Origin: Tubulanus polymorphus
Lineage: Eukaryota > Animalia > Nemertea
Reading direction: 5' to 3'
Length of the DNA: 64,000 nt
Assembly: GCF_964204645.1 (NCBI RefSeq)
Contig: NC_134035.1
Location: forward strand, 806,001-870,000
In this document: positions 1 to 11,025 of the stretch, one piece after another
How positions within the stretch are numbered: the first letter of the stretch is position 1
Layout: each line of letters starts with the position of its first letter
The notes under the pieces: generated by a model
The model's database searches: none
What the model saw: the letters and a program-made list of their open reading frames with translations, nothing else
What the model was told of the DNA's origin: nothing
Translations under genes and position numbers: made by a program

Positions 1-247
1 GTTTAATTGCAAAAGGGAAGTTGTGGAGAGGTTATAGATGTCAAGACAAATATTACCTAGAAGGTTTGATTAGAAAGTAAGTGACTTATGAGTAACTGAT
101 GAAGTTACTATAGACTAGTAGCGAATGCTTGTTCTTTTGACAAAAATAAGGTTAACCTTCCTTCATCAAATAACTGTTTGTTTCCGCGTTTACTGATAAA
201 AAGAAAATCGAGGAAAATATTAAACTACTGATTAGATCAATGCGTAC

Positions 248-3200
248 CTGAGATTCTTCGGAATGGAATAGCACATCCTGTTGGGAAGGGTATCTATGTC
301 GATGGTATATGTGAATTTTACTGTATGATCCTTGCTTTTCAATCGCGGGCAAAACGACGGTCGATTTCTTCTTTTTCTCGGGCGGCTGAAAGATAAAATG
401 CATCGAAACTGAGTAAAATAAAATGATGGATTTGAATGAAATGCATTGCACCGCACCTGCAGGTGACTTGGTCTACAAAGAAAACAGTTGATTTTGATGC
501 ATTCGAAAGATTTTGCAGCCTTTATTTGACAACATTTATATTTCAAACGATCGAGCGATTCATTTCAAATTTCGAATTATAGAAATTGAGCGATTTATTT
601 CAAAATTTTAATCACTGAAACTTCCTGCCTGTATTGTAATGCGACGGGTGACACTCACGCACTCGCCGGGGATCGAACCCAGGTATCTTACGCAGGAGGC
701 AAGCATGCCAAACAGTAGGCCAATATAACTAGTGGTCATACAGTTTTTGTATATGCGTAAAACTGTATTTACATCGTGAAACAACGTGTTTGCGAAAAAT
801 AATTTCACATTTCAAATAAGATATAGAAATCGACTTAGGTTTCATCCGGATAAATCCGGAATTTCTTCTCGGTGTATATGTATATGTAGGTTTTTGTGTT
901 GTGTGGGAAAATGTGTCAGTGTTTGAGTCACGCGTCGTTAAATAGCTTTCGTTTGATTACAATTCCTAATGAATTCTATTCGTCGAGTGGACTCAACACT
1001 CGTACGGTTCGATATTGTATATATTACTTGTTAAAACCTGAAAAGCTTTAATGTCCCGCGCGGTAATTAATCTACCAATAGCTTGAGAAAATGTTTTACA
1101 CGAAATATTAATCATTAGTATCAATCATCGCTGAATCGTCGCTATAGTATCGACTGTTCTTGAAAATGGCACCTTCTTTTGGAGACTTCTTTTGGATTGT
1201 AAGAACGATACGATACGAAGAGAAATCCCTTTATAACTTTAATATCTGTGAATTAAATGAGCTATGCCATTAAATATAAATATTCGAATTTAATCTTAGA
1301 TCCAAATGCCTTAAATCCTTAAGACGCTCATTTTCAAGTAAGTTGTTAGATTCGCTAAAAAACCATGTACTTCGATTGAAAGAAACGATTATGTAAACTC
1401 ATCCGATCATCCGGCATATATCTGTTCTTCTGATTAATCAACCAATCAAATGAAATAAGAGGGACAATTCCCTATTTCAAAATCCCTATTTCAAGATCAG
1501 AGAACCGAACTTGGATTGGACTGGTGTTCTGCGATATTTATAGTATTTGGCAAATGATACAATCGGTACTATCGTCTTATTCACCTTTTGCGGAGCGGGA
1601 AAGAAGTCCGGTCGGCTGCTGTACTTAACGAAAGACGGCACCGGATTAGTGACGATTTTCTTCAATTTCACCAGATTAATCCGTTGCGGTTGATAGTGCA
1701 CGCGTCGTTTCATGATGGACTGTCTGCGGCGAGGTTGATGCCGGCGACGAGCTGCTCCTATGCGCGACCCGTCCGGCAGTCTGGGCGCCTCGAATATCGT
1801 CGGATCAAGTAAATACATGACTTTTTTATACGATAGTATTTCTATATAATAAGATCTATCTACCGGTACGTTAGCGATTTATCACCGCGTTCGAAAATAT
1901 GCGATACGTTATTCGACAAAGGCGCGAGATATTTTGATTAATCGGATTTTGAAGTGGGAACGACGGTCGAAAAATCAATCTCTGCAGATAAAAATAGTTA
2001 ACGCGGTAAACAAAACCGCTGTGGAAGATGAAAGCCGGGAATAATCTCTAAATCGATACGAATGTTTCTTTCTAAGGAAATAAACACGCTCGCGAAATTT
2101 CAGATCTCTAGTTAGTTTTCGACGTAATCCGTGGGTATATCAGCGGAGATTTTCCCACATTATATCAGCTATAACGGGGCCATTCGAGCGATTACACCGA
2201 GTACGTATTGTTTCTAATTGCCAGCAGTAAACCGGGTTCCAATGAACCAGTAGTCTCTTCAAAGTCGAATCGCTAATTCTGATTCGTCAATTCCTCCGGA
2301 TATTAAGGCGGTTAAACGTTAATCGGTTTGAATTTCAATTTGAATCAAACGGTCGTTTTTCGCAAGGACACGAACAGAGGCGGTTATCCGTTATCCAGTC
2401 TGAATTTGAATTCGAATCAAACGGTCCGCGAACAGGGACGGTTTCGCTTAGAATTTGAATATAACGGTCGCTTTCGACGAAACTACGACATTCAGTGTAT
2501 CCATCAGTATAGCGCCAACAACGCGTTTACTATTCATCCAATATTTTTGTAATCCGAATAACGACTTTTACGATGATTCACCGATTCATCGACTCATCCG
2601 CTTATACTGGCGGTGTCCGCGAACGCGGCTATAAACATGAAATTGTCGTGCATAAAGCGAACATTCTGTTACGTCATCACGAAACGCAGTACGGACATTA
2701 TTTTCCTATTAAAACTATGTTCATTCGCGTTAAAGCGTTCTGTGGCCGATCGTCCTGACAACAAACGCTCACACGCCGCGGGCGTCGTCGGTGTATTCGG
2801 CGCTATTACTTCTTGAGGAGAGAAACAGAGACATAAAATGAATTCCGGCAACGAATCTCACGACGATATTAAAACGACGATAAAAGCATAAATCATAAGA
2901 TATTCGCACGGCTTTACATTATAAACCACTTAATAAGTCTCCTCGCTACGTGACAGGCTATAAAGACTCTAGTCGAGTGGAAGTGTGGCTTTTTATTATA
3001 GTTTGACCACAGCGATGTATTGTCTTTCTTATACAAAGCTGTTCGTTGCGACGGCTAAGTGCTTTACGCATGGACACAATCTGATTATTTTCGAACCATC
3101 TGGATTGGAATCTAAGTGCAAATTACGAATTCTTAATACAACACTTAAGCAGAATAATCTTCGGCCCTGGTCGGTCTTTCCTTAATCTATAAGTGGTGGG

Positions 3201-4275
3201 GAAAATAACGATTTCCACGCTATCTCCGATGTATTTACTAAAGTCTAGTGGTTCACGCTTATTAAACAAATGCGCCGTATTTTAGCGAGGTGTAATATTC
3301 ATACACCGTTACGTCTGTGTCGGTACTGCTTGACTAACCTCGCTGTGTACGTTGCTTGGCAAACGATTACCTATTGGCTTATTACATTCTGAACTAACAG
3401 CGTTTTGTTTTGACAACAAACTAAGTCGAATCGTCTCGTTTCAAATGGTAGTTCGTGTTCTATTATTGAAGGCAGTTTCATTCCTCGAAATTGAAATAGC
3501 AAACAGTTACGTTTGAAAAAAAAATCAAATAGAATTTCAATTCTGTCCATTCGCTAATGAATTGAAATTTAGAAATTCGATCATCTATCGCAGAAATCGT
3601 CTGTTTAAGATTATCTGAAATTATATCCGCAATATCAACTGACCTTGACAGTAACCTTTCAGCGATGTGTTAGTATCATTTGTGTTATACAACTGGGTTA
3701 ATAAACAACACTTGATAAAATCATATAAACCTCGAAATGTTATGATACGTAATTCGGCCTTCGTAAAATGTTTACGTATAGATATTATAAATAAATGCAC
3801 CACAAAATCCTTGACTCTTGTCGAAGAAATGTAACAGTCGTTTCTTTTGTATCGTGTTACATTTTTTTGACGCCGTAAAAACCGTTACAACATTTTCTAT
3901 TGATAACTACTATGTGTTATTTAAGGGTTTAAGGGTGTGAGACGATGCGCACTACGTCATCAATATTTGCGTTTCAAAACAACAATTTCAATTGCAAATT
4001 TTGGCGTTTATTTTTTTGATTAATCATATTTCATAACTCTTGATTTATTTGTAGCTATGAAGAAAATCGACTAATATTTACTCATTTACCTGAGTTTTTC
4101 CTTTCGTTCTGTGACGAAGCGACTTGAATTCCGGGAAAATCCGTCGTAATCGCGGAGCATTGTGGGTAGCTTCAGAAAACAAATCGTCGTCTTCCATCAA
4201 CTGGTTGTTTTCCGACGCGAGCGCGCTGGCAAGCGAGGTTCCCACTTCAGAACTCATTTCGGTTGCGACGGACAT
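248..4275 (-). CDS. Partial spliced gene of unknown function running off the left edge
   Basis: Candidate exon 4370-4090 (acceptor ttttttcag, donor cag|gtaaat; open frame, ATG at 4275: MSVATEMSSEVG...KGKTQ) and exon 385-248 (acceptor tttatctttcag, donor cag|gtacgc; 46 codons PPEKKKKSTVVLPAIEK...SEESQ) join in phase 0. A further possible exon at ~1841-1585 (donor aag|gtgaat). No recognisable domain; exon connectivity uncertain. Confidence 0.45.
658..729 (-). pseudogene. tRNA-derived relic (tRNA pseudogene or SINE head)
   Basis: Minus strand has degenerate A-box TGGCCTACTGT, anticodon arm CTTGC-CTCCTGC-GTAAG, T-arm CTGGG-TTCGATC-CCCGG (B-box GGTTCGATCC); acceptor stem does not pair (GTTATAT vs CGAGTGC), so unlikely to be a functional tRNA. 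Confidence 0.55.
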
Positions 4276-5941
4276 ATTGTCGCTGTTGTTCTTGTTGTAA
4301 TTCTGTTTTTGACTTAATTCTAGAATAATTCTGACCGTCGATCTAGTAACTTCAGCCACGCTCCAAACGTCTGAAAAAAGTAATGTATTTCCATCAGCTT
4401 AAAAAGGATTTAATCTCGGTTTCTACGTCTTTCACTTTACGGCCAATGTGATGCGTTATGCATGCGTTACGCCCGCTAATCGTAAATTCCACAGATAAAA
4501 GTCACGAAACGTCTGCCATGGAATGCACGAATCCACTACAGTCAGGTGTTATTGTCAATGTATGTGTGTTACATTTGCCAGAAATGCCGTTAAGGAAAAA
4601 CCAATCAAAAAACAATTAAATGACGAAGAATTTTATCGTCGGCTACGAATAAAACGCGGCATTATACAGGAATTTATTTATTATTTACGTCTGACTGGAT
4701 CGAAATCGGATTTTTCGCCTTAAATCAAAACCCGTTCACGAGACAGACAGGCAAATTACATCCTCATTTAAATCGGCTTACTACCCAGTACTGTCGCCAG
4801 AATAGAACTATATATCGGCTTTATCGCCGAGACGGGCAGCTATTTGTTTTCGTATTTCGTCTGGGCATAATTCGCTAAAAGTTTATAGTGACGAGTGTAA
4901 ACCAATATACGCGAGACACAGTCGGTCAATATTAGCCCGACAGCAGCAGTTTTCAAACAATTTTTGTCTGTCGCAAAACGAATTTATTTTACTGGAACCC
5001 GGTGCGCGTAAACACAAACAGTCGTGTACACGCGACTCGATTTGAAGAGTTAGTTAAATAGACTCACTTAACAAATTCAACAAACTCAACAAGGGGACGT
5101 TTATCTTGATGAAATTTCATGAAACAGTTTAATATATATAAACTCTGTTCGGGGAATTCTCTAGACACTTGTAGGACTCATCGTGAGCGTAAGCGCTGTT
5201 AACAAACTGTCACGCAGTAAAGAAAAGGAAAAATTTGTCTTGAAAAACTTCAATCAACGATCTATGATCTTTGTGCGTCAAGTCAAACGGTCTTTTGAAT
5301 ATATCAATGAAAAAGTATAAACAGAAAACACCTTTTGTAAAGAATTATAATTGAATTATAAGTTAGGATTTGTTATAACGACCGTTGATAGTGTTATGAC
5401 CTTGATTTAAGTCGAAGGGATTTTAGAAACATTGACCAAAGAGTTTGAGAGAAAATACTTTGAAAAATCTAATCAAGTTTTTGAGGGAAAACCGCTGAAG
5501 AGGGAGAAGAAATATCGCTCCCATATTTCAAAAACCCCTGCGTTACTTATATCCAATTCGTTTAAACATGAAAAGAAACTCACATCTTTCTGTATAATTA
5601 GAATCCACTAGTTTGGAGTTGAACTCGACGGAACGGTCGGATAGCAGTTGAAGTACGCATACTGCTGTGTTTGCTAATTGTGTCTCAGTACGACTCGTAT
5701 ATCACAGTCTAATCGAGTTCCATATAAACATTACCCGGTCGCGCAGAGAATTAATCCAACCGGGTATAATCCTGTTGAACTTTGGGTACAATATCTTCAG
5801 GGTTTGATAGACGAACAATTCGTTTGTAGTGTGTATGAATATATCTCTTTTATTTTTAAACGCATTTATTTTAAATGTGGAACCGACCTGAATAGCGATT
5901 AGCGACTATCACGACTTTAAGAACTAAATGTAAAAACTCAG

Positions 5942-6060
5942 GATCCGGTTCCACAGTTCCACAGTTCTGATTCAAGATCTTACTCTAGAGTTAAATCATT
6001 GAAAATGAACTGATTTTAATGAACTAAGTTAACTCTAACTCACAACTGTGGAACTGGGCC
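5942..6060. mobile_element. ~120-bp MITE, PIF/Harbinger-like family A
   Basis: TIRs (c)cggttccacagtt...aactgtggaactgggcc, internal gagttaa...cattgaaaatgaact...gttaactctaactcac; homologous to copies at ~18492-18604, 28884-29006, ~29862-29959. Confidence 0.7.
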
Positions 6061-6245
6061 CGTCTGAAGTTAATGAAACAAGCGAATTTATTTGATGAAT
6101 GATATTTCTGTTTATTATGCTGTGTAGTAACATTAGATCTCTTAGCCATAGTCGACAAGACACTGGGCAATGGTCTCTGATGAAACCCTCGGCTCCGGCA
6201 CATCAGTGACCCTCTGTAGCCCAAGTGTCACAGTATTCATTGGCG

Positions 6246-9200
6246 TTAAGCGATCGTCGGACATGTGGAGCAAGCTTTCCTACAATTCGCGCTCATATAC
6301 GGTTCATATTCTCCGACGCAGTGACCTTCGTCGGCCCAAATTTGACAGTTGTCGTTATGATCGAGACAAGCGACAGTTGTTGTGGGTTTCGGGATAGTCG
6401 TGGTCGTTGTTGGGGAACATATCCCGCAAGAGTCGCTACAATGGTCCCTCATATAACCTTCGTATTCTCCAACACAGTAACCATCATCGGCCCAAGTTTT
6501 ACAATTGCCGTTATTATCAACACATGTAACGGTCGTGGTTGTGGGTTTCGGAGTAGTCGTGGTCGTTGTGGGTTTCGGGGTAGTCGTGGTCGTAGTGGGG
6601 GAGCAGATTCCGCAGGAGTCTCTACAATGGTCCCTCATATAACCTTCGTATTCCCCAACACAGTTACCATCTCCTGCCCAGGTGGCACATTTGACATTAT
6701 TGTCGGCACAAGGGACAATTTGGGTAGTTGTTGGTTCAGGTGTCGTCGTGGTTGTAGTCGTAGAAGACGTTGAGCAAAGATCGCAAGACTTCTTACAGTG
6801 AAAGTGCACATACGTTGCGTAAGCGCCTTCGCAGTAGCCTTGGCTGGCCCACAGGGCGCATTGGTTCTCCAAGTCCAAACACGGCATCGGTCCGGTAGTC
6901 GTGGGCTGAGTGGGCGAACTGGAGGACGTTAATGAACAAATACCGCACGATACTTGACAATTCTGGAGCATGTAGCCGGGGTCCGTATTGCAGGCGCCGC
7001 CTCGAGCAAGTTCCTGACAAAACACATTTCTATCAACGCACGGTACAACAGTTGTGGGACCGGCTTCGACTATTGCTGCTTCCGTTTGCGGGTCAGTCTC
7101 TTTGCCATCTACGGGTGTTAAAGATAAAATACCATAGAAGGAAAACCAGCAATATTAAAGAAAAAGAAGGAAAGAGTAGTGACGTTTCCACTTCGTATGG
7201 ACCATTGCTATGGACAATTTTCAAAACAGATATTTGTCGAAACATCATCCTAGATTTACTTCAATAATGTGGGTTTTTTCTTCAATCGAATCATGGATAA
7301 TCACTTGTCGATAAAAAGCCAAAATAATAATTAGAGATATGGATAACTGAGTCAGCGCCGTTTAAGTTTTCAAGGGTTTATACATAAACCAGTTGAATTT
7401 GAAAATTCATATCATCACGATGGATGTTATGAACAAATTGACGGTTTTTTTCTGTAGAAATCGCAAACTTACACGCGAATTCGCATCTGCAGTTCTTATT
7501 CAAGAACGAGTCGGGCTGCGGGCATTTGTTCTTCACCGTCTCGGGACAATGTGCTGAAAAATTCGTACAAAACAATTGATTTTATCTTGCGAAAATTATT
7601 TAGACGCAGAAGACAGTGTATAACAAGCTTACAGCTACATTCGTAATGCGAGTTGATAACTTTGACGTCGGAAAACGAGAAAGACGCTTTGTCCCAGGTA
7701 TCCTGGATAAGATGACCTTTCGTGATGTCCTTCGCTTGGATGGTTTGTTTACCATTTGCCGAGAAGGCCTGGCATTATGAAGCGAAAGACATTGTAATAC
7801 ATTGTAAAACGAGAATTTGTTTAGGTTTGGAGTTAGTAATAATAATCTTTATGTAATAAAGATACTTACGGTGATCCCGTAGTGCATGATACTGCGGTAG
7901 TCATACGGTACCTCGTACTGTAAAATCAGATTAGATTCTATTCTCTTGAACCAAATGGCCCAGTCGGGTTCGACATTCTCGTACAGAATATTCAAATACT
8001 CGTCGCGATCGGGCAGTTGATGCTCGTGAACAAGTCCTAAAGCGTGTCCGAATTCGTGTAATATCGTAGGTTTCTGTAGAATAATGTTTGAACCATACAT
8101 AAACGCAAAAACACAAATCAGGCAAAGACAATTGACTTGACTTCATTACTCACGATGCGACAATTAGGATGTAAGTTAATTGCTTGCACGCCACCAGACA
8201 TACCCAGGTGCGAATTGCATCTGATAGAAGAAATACATACATGCGGTTAATATGTGATCTGTGAATATCTTATTGGTTTATTGATAAAAACCTCAAACAT
8301 ACCCGGATCCGTTTTGAACGCGCACTTTGTTAATATGTTCGTCAGTAGCCGGTATAAATTTCAAGCACGATTTCTGCTCGATTTCGTCGATTGCTTTCTG
8401 AATTTCTCCTTTTTGTGCATCGTCTAGAAATACGTTTAGAACTTTTAATGAATTGAATTCACTTCTAGTTCATCATAGGAAAAATAATCGTTTTAAGAGT
8501 AATATTCAACGTGTTGAATGTGACACTTTAGTATTGATTGTATTGATAGTCAAACTGTGCTTCAGTCATCTCTCCTTAAGAAGGAGTGACATCAAAGGCC
8601 ACCTTCGGTTATCTGAGTTAGTCGACTATAGTCGAACCGAATGTCCTTTAGTCGGAACTATATATATTCCGGAAATATTTCGAAAATCAAGCGCATTCGG
8701 TTATTAGTTCCGACCATTAGTCGACTAGATACGAGAACCGAATTTGGCCCAAGCTGCTACCAAGTCCTCAGAAGCTACCCTCGGGTGGAGTGAGGAAACT
8801 CACACAACAAACGTGACCAGAAATTTGGCATCCCAGAAACGATATCCCCTCTTCAAATTTTCAATATGAATTCGTAGCAAACAGTTATAGAAAGTAATAC
8901 GTACTGAAATCATCAGCAGGATTAATGAAATACGGAATTGTATTGTTCGTCCATCTGGTTGAGAGCTCCCAGTGAGCCTTCCTCTTCCGTCGATTACCGG
9001 GTGCTGGTGTAATATCGGGATATAGTATCTCGAATTGTTTCTCGTTTAAAACCATATCCAACTCCGCTAACCGATCCTCGCCGATCACGATAGGTCCTTT
9101 GAAAGCTGTAATGAGAAAAAAATACTCGGGTTCTAATCGAGCTTTTGCACGTATATGAATCAATGAATATAAGAGGTCTTGTGGCTATGTGCTTATGTAA

Positions 9201-9638
9201 CGTATTGTTAGTCTAACCATAATCAGAACTATTCCCGCTTTTCGTGCTATGGTCTATCGCAATAAATGATTTACATGCCGGACACTCGAAGTTTATAACC
9301 CCCTGTGATTAACTGTTGCTGTATGGCTGCAGCAGAGGTAAGCAAAAAAACAGTGACGTCACGCTCGCTTCACTTACCTTCTGGTCCGCCTCCCGCCGAA
9401 ATGATAATCTGATCTATACTGGGAGGTTGAGGGGGTGTTGGAGGTTGCGGCTGTGTCGGTTGACCCGGCCCAAGCGGCTGACTGCCGAGTACTGTTCGCT
9501 GCGTGTAGGAAAAAGAAAACTACGCCATCAATACAGAACTTTTTCGAAAAATCATAACTGATTTGTTTCAGGTTTTGATTTAGAGATCGCTCCTACCAAA
9601 TATAGAATGATCAAGGGAAACACCCACAACTCCCTCAT
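6246..9638 (-). CDS. Secreted astacin-family (peptidase M12A) zinc metalloprotease with five ShK (ShKT) domains, ~611 aa
   Basis: Nine GT-AG exons with consistent phases: 9638-9597, 9498-9378, 9105-8905, 8423-8303, 8220-8154, 8073-7870, 7768-7633, 7553-7473, 7108-6246 (1836 nt). Signal peptide MRELWVFPLIILYL, prodomain with ELDM motif, RRKR convertase site, W..NTIPY start, zinc motif HEFGHALGLVHEHQLPDRD, Met-turn SIMHY, short Cys-rich linker, five 6-Cys ShK modules separated by Thr/Pro linkers. Confidence 0.93.
8597..8749. mobile_element. Palindromic MITE in astacin intron 3
   Basis: Imperfect TIRs ggccaccttcggtt...aaccgaatttggcc, with internal inverted tagtcgacta and gtcggaacta/tagttccgac motifs. 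Confidence 0.55.
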
Positions 9639-9863
9639 AATACGCGGCACCTGCCTTACTGGCATTTGAATATTTCAATATTTAAGAACAGCAAATAAAA
9701 CCTATCCAAACGCTCCGATGCAATCAGTTGTGTCTTTGCAAAACTGAATTATTTAACCTATTATAGTATTTGAAAATAAATATTAAAGATGTAGAATTGA
9801 CAGTCGCGAACACAACTGTGGAACTGAATCGAGGGATTCTGATCACCGCTTTCAGGTGTCGGG

Positions 9864-9870
9864 TTTTATA
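9864..9870 (-). promoter_or_regulatory. Candidate TATA box of the astacin gene
   Basis: TATAAAA on minus strand ~230 nt upstream of the astacin ATG, in GC-richer flanks. Confidence 0.35.
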
Positions 9871-10088
9871 GAGACCGCGATAGAAGTGCCAATATTGATA
9901 CAATATTCTGCGAAGAGGCTTCTCGATATTTCTTCACGAGATTGAAGTGGACATAATGAACTGGTACTCAATAATCACACGTGACGCGTATAGTGCTGGT
10001 TTACCCACTTAAGGTAAAAATAGGGGATATAGACTGGTTACCGGTTGAATTGGACAGGCAACCAGTCTATACGGGATATCAACAAATT

Positions 10089-11025
10089 CAAGTTCTGAAA
10101 TTACTCGTTTGATGGCGCTAGTTAGAACCGGAAATTGTTGTAAATAACGTTTGTTATGTTTCAAAGTGCTTTTATCTACTGTTTTTGTATAAAATTGTAA
10201 ATACTGTTTTTTTCCTCCATGTACCATGGGAATGGTTGGAGTGTAATAAATATTCGTATTCGTATTCGTATTCGTATTCGTATCCGTAATTGGAACCTAA
10301 ATCCGCCATTTTCTAGTTCATTTGCAATGAAAATCTCTCGCTTCAAGTTTTTCATGAGCGATATTTTACTTACTATACAACGCCACGCGTAATCCTTTGA
10401 GTATGATATCCTGACAATGTGTTGAATTCGATAAAACCTCACTTCGAATGCTAAATATCACTAAAAATGTCAAAAAACTACCAAAAATCACAAATTTAGC
10501 GATGACGCTCGAAGCAGCTAACGGAAGTGAAGACTTGTGCCGGGTGTCATGACTTTGTTGTTGAGTTCCAGACTCTAAAGGGAATCTATTGCAGGCTATA
10601 CTGATAAATATGTAATAATATTATGAAATAAAATTAATTTTAGAAGGACTTCACTCGTAGATTCATAAAAGAAATATGAAAAATACCAGGACTCGAACCA
10701 ACAATCGAAATCGGGCCGTCAAGTGCTGCCACCATGTGATACCTGGCAACCAGTCTTTACATCGTCAGCTGTTACAAAATGTTTTTTGATAATTTTGAGA
10801 CATCTATAGTGATTTTTAGCCTTTGCTGTGGGGTTTTAACATATCCAACGTAGTGGTAGGATAACACATTTAAAGGATTATGCGTGACGATGTATAGTAA
10901 ATAAAATATCGCTCATTGAAAACTTGAAGTGAGAGATTTTCATTGCAAATGAACTAGAGCATGGCGGATTAGGTTCCAATTTCCGGTTCTGACTAGCGCC
11001 ATCAAACGAGTAATTCAAGAACTTG
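10089..11025. mobile_element. Foldback-type non-autonomous DNA element with ~250-bp imperfect inverted arms
   Basis: 10089-10137 plus 10288-~10490 is the reverse complement of ~10780-11025 (e.g. caagttctgaaattactcgtttgatggcgctagttagaaccggaaattg vs caatttccggttctgactagcgccatcaaacgagtaattcaagaacttg). Left arm interrupted by a 150-bp insertion. Confidence 0.8.
10138..10287 (+). mobile_element. 5'-truncated non-LTR retrotransposon 3' end nested in the foldback arm
   Basis: Absent from the opposite arm; flanked by AATTG duplication (10133-10137, 10288-10292); ends with hairpin CTCCA-tgt-ACCAT-ggga-ATGGT-TGGAG, AATAAA and a (TATTCG)n tail. Confidence 0.7.
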
